Numbered from the stretch's first letter, positions 36,006 through 46,189 are shown. The stretch: 64,000 nt of DNA from an uncultured virus (IMG/VR IMGVR_UViG_3300009551_000046) (IMGVR_UViG_3300009551_000046), one strand, 5' to 3'. A program made the numbers and translations. Notes: a model not told the origin generated them from the sequence alone.

Positions 36006-36437
36006 ATGCGAAAGACTGAGATCTTCGTCGTCCCGAAAGAGGCCGGCAACCGTGACAGCGGCAAGCGCTTCCTGATCACAGAGATGCCGGCCATGAAGGC
36101 GGAGCGCTGGGCAATGCGGGCGCTGCTAGCCATCTCCCGTTCAGGCGTCGACATCGGCGTGCACAAGAACGCGGGCTTCGCCGGCATCGCGATCGCCGGC
36201 CTGAAGGCGCTCGAAAACCTCAACTTCGAGGAGGCGCGGCCGCTGCTCGACGAGATGCTCGAGTGCGTTCAGGTGATGCCTGACCCGAAGAATCCGGAGG
36301 TTGTTCGCCCGCTCATGCTCAATGAGATGGAAGGCGACGACTTCGAGGAGGTCGCGACGATCCTGAAGATTCGGGAGCGGATTTTCATGTTGCACGCTGC
36401 TTTTTTTTTGAAAGAGAAGCAGTCGAAGAAAGGCTGA
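36006..36437 (+). CDS. Tail assembly chaperone (gpG-like)
   Basis: RDSGKRFLITEMPA..AERWAMRA; ends AFFLK at a T9 run. Confidence 0.8.
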   Translation: MRKTEIFVVPKEAGNRDSGKRFLITEMPAMKAERWAMRALLAISRSGVDIGVHKNAGFAGIAIAGLKALENLNFEEARPLLDEMLECVQVMPDPKNPEVVRPLMLNEMEGDDFEEVATILKIRERIFMLHAAFFLKEKQSKKG

Positions 36438-36655
36438 ACGCCGGCCTTGAGGATGACATCCCGGGGCTCGTCGATTACGAGAACGTCCCCGGCGTGATCG
36501 GGGCTGTCATCTCTGCCGGGCGGGCGACGCTGCACGAGTGCGAGACCGTCTATTCCATCGGGGATGTCTATCTTATGATGGAAATCGTCTCGGTCGATGC
36601 CCACAACAAGAAGCTCGCCGAGGAGTTCTATAGGCAAAAGAGCGAGAGAAGATAG
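36401..36655 (+). CDS. -1 frameshift extension of the tail chaperone (gpT-like; not in ORF track)
   Basis: -1 frame after T9 (36401-09) open to TAG 36655: ...DYENVPGVIGAVISAGRATLHECETVYSIGDVYLMMEIVSVDAHN...; no early ATG. Confidence 0.75.
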   Translation, partial: FFFEREAVEERLNAGLEDDIPGLVDYENVPGVIGAVISAGRATLHECETVYSIGDVYLMMEIVSVDAHNKKLAEEFYRQKSERR

Positions 36656-36666
36656 GGGCCCGGTTT

Positions 36667-38613
36667 ATGGCGACGATCATCGACAGCCTTGTCGTCGAAC
36701 TTGGTCTTGATGCCTCGAAATTCGAGAAGGGGCAGCGCCAGGCCGTCGAGAGCCTGCGCAAGTTCGAGAAGGACGCGACCAAGCACACTGGCAACGCGCT
36801 CGAAGGCTTCGACAAGCTTTCCGCTTCATTCAAAGAGCTACAGGGCCGGCTGCTCGCGATTGGCGCGCTGATCGCGGCCGGCCTCGGCTTCAACCGGCTG
36901 ATGCAGGACGCGACGAAGCTGAACTCCGAGCTCGGCTATATGTCGAAGCAGATCGGGGTTTCCGCGCAGGAATTCTCGAAGTGGCAGCTTGCCGGCGCGA
37001 CCGTCGGCGCGACCGCTCAAGACATCGCCTCAAGCTTTTCTGTGATTCAGAAGAGCATGGCGGACATGCAACTCGGCAAGGGATCATTCCTGCACGAGTT
37101 CGCGCGCACGACTCATGTCATGGGGCAGGGCCCGGCGGTCGAGCTCTACGATCAGAAAGGGCAGGCGCGCAAATCAAGCGACATCCTTGTCGACATCTCG
37201 AAATGGTACGCGGCGCAGCAAGACAAGAACGTCGCGACACGGCTGATGGAGCAAATCGGCTTCGGCAAGGGCATGATCAACATGATCGGCCTCGGCCCGG
37301 AGGAGCTCCAGAAGCGGCTGAAGGAAGCCGAGGCATTTGCGCCGAGCGACGAGCAGATCAAGAAGTTTCAGGCGCTGCAGGAGCAGTTCGGCAAGCTTGC
37401 GGTCGTCGTCGAAGCGCTGACGCGCGCGTTCGCGGAGAAGCTTGCGCCGATCCTGACGAAGATCCTGAAACTGATCAACGAGGTGCTGTCGCGCTGGTAC
37501 AGCGGCGAGAATCCGGCCGATGCCGCGGCTGATTCGCTCGCCAAAGGCGGCATGAAAGAGCTCACCCCGAACCCGGAGAAGCCGGGGCTGTTCTCGCGCG
37601 GGTGGAGCTGGCTGAAGAAGAAAACCGGCTTCGGCGGCACGGAGGAGGGCGGCGGATCAGCGCCCGGCGGCGCGACATCGGGGACATCGGCGTCAGATGC
37701 CGCGTCCCCAATGGGGACATCCAACGGGACGCTTGCGGAGCAGAGGAAGTCGTTTCAGGAGCAGCTGAAGAACAATCCCGAGCTCCGCGAGAAGATCCTG
37801 CGCATCATGTACAACGAGCAGGGGAAGAACCCGGAGGGGACGCAGGCGATCGCCGAATCAATGATGAACCGCGCCCTTGTACGGGGCACGAGCCTCGAAA
37901 AGGAAGCGAGGTGGGCTCAGAGCGAAGGCGGCTATTACGATCAGGGCAACATGGGGCGCGGGGCGCTCGAAAACCCGCAGGTCCGGGATCTGCTAGAGAA
38001 ATCGCTCGATCGCGCGCTTGCCGGCGGCAATGTCAGCAATTACGCGACGGACAACGCCTCGTCGTGGCTCGCGGAAAAGCACAAGGTAACGGGGCAGTTC
38101 ATCCCGACGCGAGACAAGTTGCACGGCGAGACGTTCTTTTCTCCGGACACCCGCATTTCGTCGCACATGACCCGATGGCTAGCCTGGAAAGAGCGGGCTG
38201 AAGCGATGGAACGGACGCGCAAGGCGAGCACCGGCGGCGGTGGCACCGGCGGCTCTAAGGGCGATGATCTGACGCCGAGCGAAAGACAGCTGATGGACCT
38301 TGTTAAGCCCGGTCCGCGGCGGCCTGTCGTGCCGGGCAGCGGCGTCCCGAGTGCCGACGGTCCAGGAACGCCGGCTGATGGGGCCGCGGCGCGATCGTTC
38401 GATCGATGGAAGAACCTCGGCATCGGCGCGCAGGGGGCCGTTGCGCGCGGCGGCGACTCGAACGTGTCGAACACGACGACGAACAGCACGCATATCGGCA
38501 CGATGAACGTGACGCCGCCGCCTGGCGGAGACCCCGGGGAGTACGGCGCCGGGATCCGCAGCGAGCTCCGCCGGTTCGACAACGTCCAGAATGCGAATAC
38601 AGGGTTGAGGTGA
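36667..38613 (+). CDS. Tape measure protein with putative cell-wall hydrolase domain
   Basis: MATIIDSLVVELGLD N-terminus, helical body; IMYNEQG...QAIAESMMNRA resembles SleB-like hydrolases. Confidence 0.8.
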   Translation: MATIIDSLVVELGLDASKFEKGQRQAVESLRKFEKDATKHTGNALEGFDKLSASFKELQGRLLAIGALIAAGLGFNRLMQDATKLNSELGYMSKQIGVSAQEFSKWQLAGATVGATAQDIASSFSVIQKSMADMQLGKGSFLHEFARTTHVMGQGPAVELYDQKGQARKSSDILVDISKWYAAQQDKNVATRLMEQIGFGKGMINMIGLGPEELQKRLKEAEAFAPSDEQIKKFQALQEQFGKLAVVVEALTRAFAEKLAPILTKILKLINEVLSRWYSGENPADAAADSLAKGGMKELTPNPEKPGLFSRGWSWLKKKTGFGGTEEGGGSAPGGATSGTSASDAASPMGTSNGTLAEQRKSFQEQLKNNPELREKILRIMYNEQGKNPEGTQAIAESMMNRALVRGTSLEKEARWAQSEGGYYDQGNMGRGALENPQVRDLLEKSLDRALAGGNVSNYATDNASSWLAEKHKVTGQFIPTRDKLHGETFFSPDTRISSHMTRWLAWKERAEAMERTRKASTGGGGTGGSKGDDLTPSERQLMDLVKPGPRRPVVPGSGVPSADGPGTPADGAAARSFDRWKNLGIGAQGAVARGGDSNVSNTTTNSTHIGTMNVTPPPGGDPGEYGAGIRSELRRFDNVQNANTGLR

Positions 38614-38614
38614 C

Positions 38615-39211
38615 ATGGCGCTTCCGGCAGGAATTCCGAACCTCCTCGGCGACGTCGCGGGCTTGTTTCTCGCGCCGACCGAATTGCTGACGTTCGACTC
38701 CTTCATCGGCTATGGGCTCGGAGCCCCGCCGGAGTGGGGCGTTTTCTTAAACGGGGTGCCCGTCATCCTCGCCGACACGGTCACAAGCTTCGGGTTTAAG
38801 CAGGCATGGTCGGTCTCGGATTACCCCGTCGAGCGGGGCGGCTTCGAGAGCTATGACAAGGTGAACTCGCCGTACATCGCGCAGGTTCAATTCGTGTCGG
38901 GCGGCAGCGAGGCGAAGCGACAGGCGCTGCTCGACTCGATCGCGGCGATCGGCGACACGCTGACCCTTTACGACGTCATCACGCCGGAGGCGATCTATGT
39001 CGGAGTCAACGTCACGGCCTACGATTATCGCCGGACCGCTGTGAATGGGCTGGGGCTGATGATCGTCGACGTCACGCTGCTCGAGATCCGCGAGGAGGGG
39101 ACGACGGATTTCAAGAACACGAAGTCGCCGAGCGGGTATGCTGCGGACTCGGCGGGCAATGTTCAGTCGCCGGAGATCGTCGATCAACTTGCGCAAGCCG
39201 GAGTCGGATGA
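38615..39211 (+). CDS. Baseplate/tube-initiator protein
   Basis: SDYPVERGGFESYDKV..P...YDVITPE. Confidence 0.7.
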   Translation: MALPAGIPNLLGDVAGLFLAPTELLTFDSFIGYGLGAPPEWGVFLNGVPVILADTVTSFGFKQAWSVSDYPVERGGFESYDKVNSPYIAQVQFVSGGSEAKRQALLDSIAAIGDTLTLYDVITPEAIYVGVNVTAYDYRRTAVNGLGLMIVDVTLLEIREEGTTDFKNTKSPSGYAADSAGNVQSPEIVDQLAQAGVG

Positions 39212-39543
39212 TGAACCTTGTTCCGCTGCAATCGGTCCCTTCTCAGAAGCTGAAGACGGTTCTCGGAAATCAGATCGTCGAGATCAGCCTACGCCAGCTG
39301 CGCTATGGCCTGTTCATTGACGTCTACGTGAACGGAGCGCTCGAAATCGGCGGGGTGATCTGCGAGAACCTGAACCGAATCATCCGCAGCGCGTATCTGA
39401 ACACTGAAGCCGGATTCTCCGGAGACTTCGTCTTCCAGGACACGCAAGGGACCGATAATCCCTATTACACTGGTCTCGGGACGCGGTTTCAGTTGCTCTA
39501 CTTGTCGCAGGATGACCTTTCCGGGCTTGGGCTTGCAGGATGA
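39208..39543 (+). CDS. Baseplate protein
   Basis: VPLQ.VPSQ...F.DTQG..NP.Y.GLG.RF.L.Y. Confidence 0.7.
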   Translation: MMNLVPLQSVPSQKLKTVLGNQIVEISLRQLRYGLFIDVYVNGALEIGGVICENLNRIIRSAYLNTEAGFSGDFVFQDTQGTDNPYYTGLGTRFQLLYLSQDDLSGLGLAG

Positions 39544-40400
39544 CATACGCGCGCCGCTACATCGACGTGACTTTCGAGGGGCCGGCAACGGTCAAATTCA
39601 ACGCGCGCGGGAAGTTCGCGCTGCGGACGGCTGCCCGGATCATCAAGGCTGGCGGGTACAATCTCGGCTCGCTCGAGCTCGACATCCGCGGGCTGTCGCT
39701 TCAGCACATCAACCAGCTATCGACGTTCGGCACGCGGTTTCATCCGAACTACAACTATTCGATCACGGTCGAGGCCGGCGACGAGATCAACGGCATGTCG
39801 ACGGTGTTCGTCGGTCAGATCCAGCAGGCATGGGGGGACATGCGGGCCATGCCCGATTGTCCCTTTCACGTCATGGCAATTTCGGGCGGCTCGGCAACGA
39901 CCATGCGGGCGCCCCCTTCGAGCTATCAGGGGCCGACCGAGGCGTCGACGATCCTGAAAAAGCTCGCCGGCCAGGCCGGGCTGTCCTTCGAGGACAACGG
40001 TGTAAAGAGCAAGCTTGCCGACCCCTATTTTTGGGGGTCGCCATGGAAGCAGATCAAGGAGGTGATCAACGCGGCGCGGATCGATGGCTTCATCGACAAC
40101 AAGACGCTCGCGGTCTGGCCCCGCAACGGATCGAGGGGAGGCGACGATCTCTTCATCTCGCCGCAGACCGGGATGCGCGATTACCCGTCGTTCACGGAAT
40201 ACGGTGTTCAAGTTCGAACGGAGTTCAAGCGAGCGATCAATTACGGGGGCATGATGACGATCCAGAGCGACATCAAGCCCGCCTGCGGAAAGTGGCGGAT
40301 CATCCGCATCGACTATGACCTTCAGGCGAACACGCCGCGAGGCAATTGGTTCGCTGTTCTAGACGGCGCACAAATCGGCGCCCCGGTGACCCTGCAATGA
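39540..40400 (+). CDS. Baseplate hub protein
   Basis: Synteny; LA...G..FE.NGV...L.DPY..GS...Q. Confidence 0.7.
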   Translation: MTYARRYIDVTFEGPATVKFNARGKFALRTAARIIKAGGYNLGSLELDIRGLSLQHINQLSTFGTRFHPNYNYSITVEAGDEINGMSTVFVGQIQQAWGDMRAMPDCPFHVMAISGGSATTMRAPPSSYQGPTEASTILKKLAGQAGLSFEDNGVKSKLADPYFWGSPWKQIKEVINAARIDGFIDNKTLAVWPRNGSRGGDDLFISPQTGMRDYPSFTEYGVQVRTEFKRAINYGGMMTIQSDIKPACGKWRIIRIDYDLQANTPRGNWFAVLDGAQIGAPVTLQ

Positions 40401-41020
40401 CCAACGATCCGTCCTACGGCCACAATTACGCGAACGATCCGCTCACGAATTTCAATTCGATGCGGTTCGCAATCGACATGGCGTCGGATGCGAAGATGAA
40501 CTGCACGATTGTTCAAGTGAAGAAGGTCAAGACGGACGGAGGCGTCGCGCCGATCGGCCGCGTCGAGGTGCAACCGCTTGTGCAGATGGTCGACGGCGTC
40601 GGAAAGACGGTCGATCACGTCAGCGTCTACAACCTGCCATATATCCGGATGGTCGGCGGGAAAAGCGCGGTGATCATCGACCCGAAAGCCGGGGACATCG
40701 GCATCGTCGTCGTCGCGGACCGCGACATCTCGGGCGTCAAGAACTCGAAGAAGGTATCGCCTCCTGGATCGGCGCGTTCGAACAACATTGCCGACGGCAT
40801 CTTCATCGGCTGCTGCCTCTCGAATAAGCCCGAAAATTACATCCGGTTCGTCGACGATTCGACGATCGAGCTCACGCCGGACAAGGGGGTGACGTCGATC
40901 TGGCTGCGGCCGAACCGGATCGACCTCGGGATGAAGGACGCGCCGCATGCGGTCGTGACGGTTGACGGGCCGTCGACGAAGGTGTTTGCCGTCATCAGCG
41001 AATCCGGATCTCAGGACTGA
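40397..41020 (+). CDS. Baseplate central spike (Gp138 N-terminal-like)
   Basis: V.VQPLV...LPY.R..GG..AVIIDP..GDIG....DRDIS.VK. Confidence 0.75.
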   Translation: MTNDPSYGHNYANDPLTNFNSMRFAIDMASDAKMNCTIVQVKKVKTDGGVAPIGRVEVQPLVQMVDGVGKTVDHVSVYNLPYIRMVGGKSAVIIDPKAGDIGIVVVADRDISGVKNSKKVSPPGSARSNNIADGIFIGCCLSNKPENYIRFVDDSTIELTPDKGVTSIWLRPNRIDLGMKDAPHAVVTVDGPSTKVFAVISESGSQD

Positions 41021-41023
41021 ACG

Positions 41024-41377
41024 ATGCCCTCAACCCTGCTGCTCAATCCCGAAACCTGGGATCTCATGGTCACCGCTTCCGGCGACATCGCCGTCGCGGC
41101 GGAGCCGTATGCGCTTGCGCAGGACGCCGCGAGCGCGATCAAGCTATTCCAGGGGGAGGATTACTACGACACAACCCGCGGCGTCCCCTATTGGGAGACG
41201 ATCCTCGGCCATTGGCCGTCGGTGTCCGTCATGAAGGCGTATTTCGTCCGGGCTGCGCTCACGGTGCCGAACGTCGTCGCTGCGCAGGCCTTCATCGAAT
41301 CCATTGAAGATCGGCGTCCGAAAGGGCAGGTTCAGGTCACAGACAGGGCTGGAGCTCTGACAACCGTGGGGTTCTGA
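41024..41377 (+). CDS. Baseplate wedge/sheath initiator
   Basis: TLLL...WDL.V..SGDIAVA..PYALAQD.ASAIKLF.GE.YYDT..GVPY. Confidence 0.75.
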   Translation: MPSTLLLNPETWDLMVTASGDIAVAAEPYALAQDAASAIKLFQGEDYYDTTRGVPYWETILGHWPSVSVMKAYFVRAALTVPNVVAAQAFIESIEDRRPKGQVQVTDRAGALTTVGF

Positions 41378-41380
41378 TCA

Positions 41381-42802
41381 ATGGCCGTTCCTCAACCGAC
41401 CTTCGGACCGAACGGGTTCATCACGCCGGCGGAAGCGGACATCCTTGTCGCGGTCAAGGAGGACGTCAACACGGCTTTCGGCGGCGTCCTCAACATGGCC
41501 GACGAGACGCCGCAGGGGCAGCTATCGGTCAGCATGGCGGCCGCGATCGGCAACAAGAACGACGCCTTCGTGTTCCTGTCGCAGCAGTTCGACCCAGCCT
41601 ACAACAGCGGGCGCTATCAAGACGCCATCGCGCGCATCTATTTCATCGAACGGTTCGGTGCGCAGCCGACATCGGTGATTTGCACATGCTCCGGGCTGCA
41701 GGGGGTCATCATCCCCGCCGGCTCGCTTGCACTCGGCCAGGACGGCAACCAATACGTCGCGACGGAGAGCGGCACGATCGGGATCAGCGGCACCGTCGAC
41801 ATGAACTTCGCGTGCACGACGAACGGCCCGATCCCCTGTCCGGCGGGCAACGTCAACGGGATTTTTCAGGCGATCAATGGCTGGGACTCGATCACGAACG
41901 CGACGGAGGGGGTTCTCGGCCGCGACACGGAAACGCGTCAGCAATTCGAGGAGCGCCGGTTTGCGTCGGTAGCGAAGAACTCCGTCGGTTCGCTGCCGGC
42001 GATCCGCGGCACGGTGCTCGCGCTCGACGGCGTTCTCGACTGCTACGTGACGGAGAACGTGCAGCCGACGCAGCAGACGATCCGCGGCGTCCTGCTCGGC
42101 CCGAAATCGCTCTATGTCGCCGCGGTCGGCGGGGACTCGAATGCGATCGCGCGCGCGATCTGGACGAAGAAGGCGCCGGGCTGCGGCTACAACGGAAACA
42201 CCAACGTCACGGTCTACGACACGAACTCGGGATATTTTCCGCCGTTACCGGCTTATGCCGTCGCGTTTCAGCGGCCGCCGTCCCTGTCGATCCTGTTCAA
42301 GGTCGATATTCAGAACAACGCGCAGGTGCCGTCCGATGCGGTCGCGCAGGTGCAGACCGCGATCATCGCGTCTTTCGCCGGCACCGATGGCAGCCAGCGC
42401 GTCACGATTGGCAGCGAGATCTTCGCCGCGCAGTTCTATAGCGCGGTCCGCGCGCTCGGCAGCTGGGCGCAGCTGAAGTCGCTCAAGATCGGCTCGAATC
42501 AGGCACCGGATGCCGTCGTCACCGGATCGATCGCGGCCGCGGTGATGACGGTGACGGCAGTCACTTCGGGCGTAATCGTCGCCGGCGGCACGGTCTCGGG
42601 CGCCGGTGTTCTCGACGGCACGAGGATCATCAGCCAGCTGACGGGGACGCCTGGCGGCATCGGCACCTATTCCGTGACGCTGTCGCAGACCGTGACGCTG
42701 CATCCCCTCACGATGGCATCCCCGACGCTCGACACGATCACGCCGACGATTGACGTCGTCCCCGCGGTCGTCGCAGCCAACATTCAGGTGACCTTCACAT
42801 GA
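41381..42802 (+). CDS. Baseplate J/gp47-family protein with inserted beta-rich repeat
   Basis: TPQGQL, QDAIARIYFIER, GRDTETR..FE.RR. Confidence 0.85.
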   Translation: MAVPQPTFGPNGFITPAEADILVAVKEDVNTAFGGVLNMADETPQGQLSVSMAAAIGNKNDAFVFLSQQFDPAYNSGRYQDAIARIYFIERFGAQPTSVICTCSGLQGVIIPAGSLALGQDGNQYVATESGTIGISGTVDMNFACTTNGPIPCPAGNVNGIFQAINGWDSITNATEGVLGRDTETRQQFEERRFASVAKNSVGSLPAIRGTVLALDGVLDCYVTENVQPTQQTIRGVLLGPKSLYVAAVGGDSNAIARAIWTKKAPGCGYNGNTNVTVYDTNSGYFPPLPAYAVAFQRPPSLSILFKVDIQNNAQVPSDAVAQVQTAIIASFAGTDGSQRVTIGSEIFAAQFYSAVRALGSWAQLKSLKIGSNQAPDAVVTGSIAAAVMTVTAVTSGVIVAGGTVSGAGVLDGTRIISQLTGTPGGIGTYSVTLSQTVTLHPLTMASPTLDTITPTIDVVPAVVAANIQVTFT

Positions 42803-43563
42803 CCGACACGGGGCCTCCCTATCCGCCTCCGCCGGCGGCGGGGTCGAACGCGATCGGTGTCTTTGCGATCGGCGAAAGCCCGCTCGGCAGCATCCCGCCG
42901 TTCGACATTTGGGAAACGGTGATCAGCCAGTACGCGAACAGCCCGTCGCTGACGGAGTTGATCACGAACTTCGGCCAATACCTCGATCCGACGATCAATA
43001 TCGAGGATTTCTTCGACTTCATGATGAACGTCGACACGGCGGTCGGCTACGGTCTCGACGTGTGGGGGCGCATCGTCGGCGTCGGGCGGCTGCTCAACCT
43101 GCCGACGCCGAGCAGGTTCTTCGGCTTCGCGGAGGGACAGCCGGATTATGACGGCTTCAACCAGTCGCCATTCTTCAACGGGCAGGAGCTCACGCAGGTT
43201 TATCGGCTCGCCGACATCCCGTACCGGAAACTGATCCTTGCAAAGGCGCTGTCGAACATCTGTGATGGCTCGATCCCGGCTATCAACCAGCTGCTGATCA
43301 ATCTCTTCGTCACGCCGGGCCGCGGCAATGCCTTTGTGACGGAGGGGTATCCGGGAGTCGCGTTCTTCGGGTTTCAGGAGTCTGTCACCGCGTTCGGCTT
43401 CAACCAAGCCCCGTTCTATAATGGGTCGCCGGCGATCGAGAACATGGTCATCACCTATACGTTCATGTTCAAATTGTCGCCCGTGGAGGAAGCTATTGTC
43501 TATCAGTCGAATGTGTTACCGAAGCCTTCGGGCGTTCGACTGAACGTCGTTCAGATTTATTGA
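42799..43563 (+). CDS. Baseplate wedge protein (DUF2612 family)
   Basis: TVISQYANSP, DTAVGYGLDVWGRIVGV.R, YRKLILAKALSNI, LPKPSGV. Confidence 0.85.
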   Translation: MTDTGPPYPPPPAAGSNAIGVFAIGESPLGSIPPFDIWETVISQYANSPSLTELITNFGQYLDPTINIEDFFDFMMNVDTAVGYGLDVWGRIVGVGRLLNLPTPSRFFGFAEGQPDYDGFNQSPFFNGQELTQVYRLADIPYRKLILAKALSNICDGSIPAINQLLINLFVTPGRGNAFVTEGYPGVAFFGFQESVTAFGFNQAPFYNGSPAIENMVITYTFMFKLSPVEEAIVYQSNVLPKPSGVRLNVVQIY

Positions 43564-43579
43564 GGGGGAGCCTTCAACG

Positions 43580-44827
43580 ATGCAAGCCTCGGACATCCCG
43601 ACGAAGTTTCAGATCCCGTTCGCGAACAGCGCAGGCGTCGGGTACATCCGCAACATTCCGCAGGCGTCGCAAATCGGCATCGTCGATGGCGCCGCATCCC
43701 TCACGGACGGCTTTCCTCCGCTGAACTTCCTTCCCCTCGGGGCCGGTGGGGTTCCGCCGTTCGGCCAGGACTTCAACGGCCTGCTGAAGCAGATGACGCA
43801 ATGGTCGCGGTGGCAGGGCGCCGGCGGCATGGTGCGTTTCGACGCGACGCTCTGTACCGCCATGGGCGGCTATCCGCAGGGCGCGATCGTTGCGGCGACG
43901 AACGGCCTCGGGTTCTGGTACAGCCTTCTCGACAACAATCTCAACAACCCGGACACCGCGACGAACCCGCTCGCTTCCGGATGGCTTGGCTTCTTCGCGC
44001 CGGTGCAGTTCCTCACGGCGAACGCGAACTATTACGTCAATCCGGCGACCGGAAGCGATTCCTATGACGGCACGGCAGCGGTCGTAGGCGGCGGTCACGG
44101 GCCATGGGCGACGCTGCAGAAGGCGATGAACTTCATTACGCAGTTCAACTTGAACGGCTTCAACATCGCGATCAATTGCGCCGATAACCCCAACTATGCG
44201 CCGTTGACGTTGTATCCGATCCCGGGCTCCGGCAACGTGAATTGGGTCGGTAACTCGACGACCCCGGGCAATTGCAAGATCGTCGCCGTCTCTGTCAGCG
44301 CGATCAGCGCGCAGTATTGCGGCCAATCTCACACCTTCAATGGATTCGCTTGTCAGGCGACCGGTGCCTATACTAACGATCCGATGATCGGCCTTCATGT
44401 CGTCGGATCCGGAACGAAGATCCAGGCATCGAACATGAGCTGGGGTGCCTGCCTCGGAGGTCACTATTCCGCAGAGCAGGGCGCATCGCTCAATATCGCC
44501 GGGATCGAGATCGTGACCGGAGGATGCGCGGGGTCCGTTGGCGGCAACGGTGCGCACGCGAACGTGTCCAATGGCGCTGTGCTTCAGACACCCGCTGCGA
44601 TCCAAACGACTGTCACAACGGCGGTGTCGTTTGCGGCAGGATGGTTCTCGGCAAGCGGTGTCGCCCTCGGCCAGATCCTGTATGCGCCGCTCACCGGCGG
44701 CGGCAACGTCACAGGTCAGCGCTATCAGGTGAACACGAACGCCGTGATCAACACGAATGGCGGCGGCGCGACCTATTATCCCGGCACGGTTGCGGGGACT
44801 ACGTCGACAGGGGGGCAGTATGTTTGA
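43580..44827 (+). CDS. Tail fibre protein
   Basis: IPFA...GAASLTDGFPPL...GGVPP.GQDFNG anchor; YYVN..TGSD..DG...PWATLQKA beta-helix-type start. Confidence 0.8.
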   Translation: MQASDIPTKFQIPFANSAGVGYIRNIPQASQIGIVDGAASLTDGFPPLNFLPLGAGGVPPFGQDFNGLLKQMTQWSRWQGAGGMVRFDATLCTAMGGYPQGAIVAATNGLGFWYSLLDNNLNNPDTATNPLASGWLGFFAPVQFLTANANYYVNPATGSDSYDGTAAVVGGGHGPWATLQKAMNFITQFNLNGFNIAINCADNPNYAPLTLYPIPGSGNVNWVGNSTTPGNCKIVAVSVSAISAQYCGQSHTFNGFACQATGAYTNDPMIGLHVVGSGTKIQASNMSWGACLGGHYSAEQGASLNIAGIEIVTGGCAGSVGGNGAHANVSNGAVLQTPAAIQTTVTTAVSFAAGWFSASGVALGQILYAPLTGGGNVTGQRYQVNTNAVINTNGGGATYYPGTVAGTTSTGGQYV

Positions 44828-46112
44828 TCGGTTCTTTGCACGGACTGCTCTCGCGGCAGCACTATCGCTTATCGCTTCGCCTGCGCTCGCCGGCAGCAAC
44901 CCCGGATGGACGCACGGCTATGTTCCGACCGCGGCGCAATGGAATGCGGAGTTCGCGTCGAAGCAAGACGATCTCGGGTATGTCCCGATCAACAAGGCTG
45001 GCGATTCGATGTTCGGTCGCCTCGGCTTGTTCGCAGCGACGGCCGATTCGTCCGGATTGAACATCGGCGTCGGCGTCACGCCGACGGCGCCCAAGAATGG
45101 CGACGTCTGGATGACGACGCTCGGCGTGTTCTATCGCAACAACGGCGTGACGGTCGGGCCGCTGTTCGGCACGAGCGCAGCGTCGGCGCTGTCGAAAGTC
45201 GACGACACGAACGTCACCGCGACGCTCTCCGGGACACCGGGGACGGCGCTTCTGCAGCCAGTGACGATCACCTTCGGATGGACCGGAACGCTCGCTGCGG
45301 CGCGCCTGAACGCGAACGTCGTGCAGGCGATTACGAACGACACCAACGTCCACGGGTCGATCGCTGCGCAGAACCTGACTCTCTCATGGGCGGGACAACT
45401 CTCGATCGCGCGGGGCGGCACCGGGGCGAGCACGGTCGACGGCGCGACCCAGGCGCTGTTGCCGCCTCAGTCGCGAACAGGCGGCATCGTCTATTGGGAC
45501 AACACGGGGGGACGGTGGACGTCTCTTGCCGGCAACAATGCCGGAACAAGGCTCCTGCAGGAGGACGCGACCGGAACCCCATCGTGGGTAGTCGCCGGCA
45601 CCGGAACGGTGACTTCCGTCAGCTGCTTCGGCACTGCGATCACGGCTAGCGGAACGTGCATCACGACGGGGCAGATCCCCGGGACGGCGACTAACGACAA
45701 TGCGACGGCGGGCAATGTCGGAGAATACAAGTCGGCGATCGTCCTATCCGCCGGTGCAGTCAACCTCACAAGCGGAACCGCAGTAGACATTACGGCGCTA
45801 TCCTTGACGGCGGGTGATTGGGATGTCTCGGGCCTCTGCGCGACCCAGCCTACTGGCGCGGTTGTGACGACTGTTCTGATCTGCAACATCACGACAACGG
45901 CAAACACCCTGAACAATGCGCCGAGCGATGGCGGAGCGATGGCGTTCAACAATGCGACGCAGACCGCGGGCGGCGGTCAGGCGATCACAACGGACGTCGC
46001 TCGCGTCTCGATCGCAGGAACCGTGACGTATCACTTGGTCACGCAGACGACGTGGTCCGGCGGTACGAGTTTGGGCGGATACGGCAAACTCAGAGCGCGC
46101 AGGGTCCGCTAG
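44820..46112 (+). CDS. Tail-fibre-like protein with signal-peptide-like N-terminus
   Basis: MFDRFFARTALAAALSLIASPALA|G; DTNV repeats, LSIARGGTGA, GTATNDNA.AG.VGEY. Confidence 0.7.
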   Translation: MFDRFFARTALAAALSLIASPALAGSNPGWTHGYVPTAAQWNAEFASKQDDLGYVPINKAGDSMFGRLGLFAATADSSGLNIGVGVTPTAPKNGDVWMTTLGVFYRNNGVTVGPLFGTSAASALSKVDDTNVTATLSGTPGTALLQPVTITFGWTGTLAAARLNANVVQAITNDTNVHGSIAAQNLTLSWAGQLSIARGGTGASTVDGATQALLPPQSRTGGIVYWDNTGGRWTSLAGNNAGTRLLQEDATGTPSWVVAGTGTVTSVSCFGTAITASGTCITTGQIPGTATNDNATAGNVGEYKSAIVLSAGAVNLTSGTAVDITALSLTAGDWDVSGLCATQPTGAVVTTVLICNITTTANTLNNAPSDGGAMAFNNATQTAGGGQAITTDVARVSIAGTVTYHLVTQTTWSGGTSLGGYGKLRARRVR

Positions 46113-46189
46113 GGCTATTTTGCCCCTTGTGAACCGAGGTGCCCCGGGCGATAAGTTCCCCTGTTAGGAACGATACAGGGAACATACTG

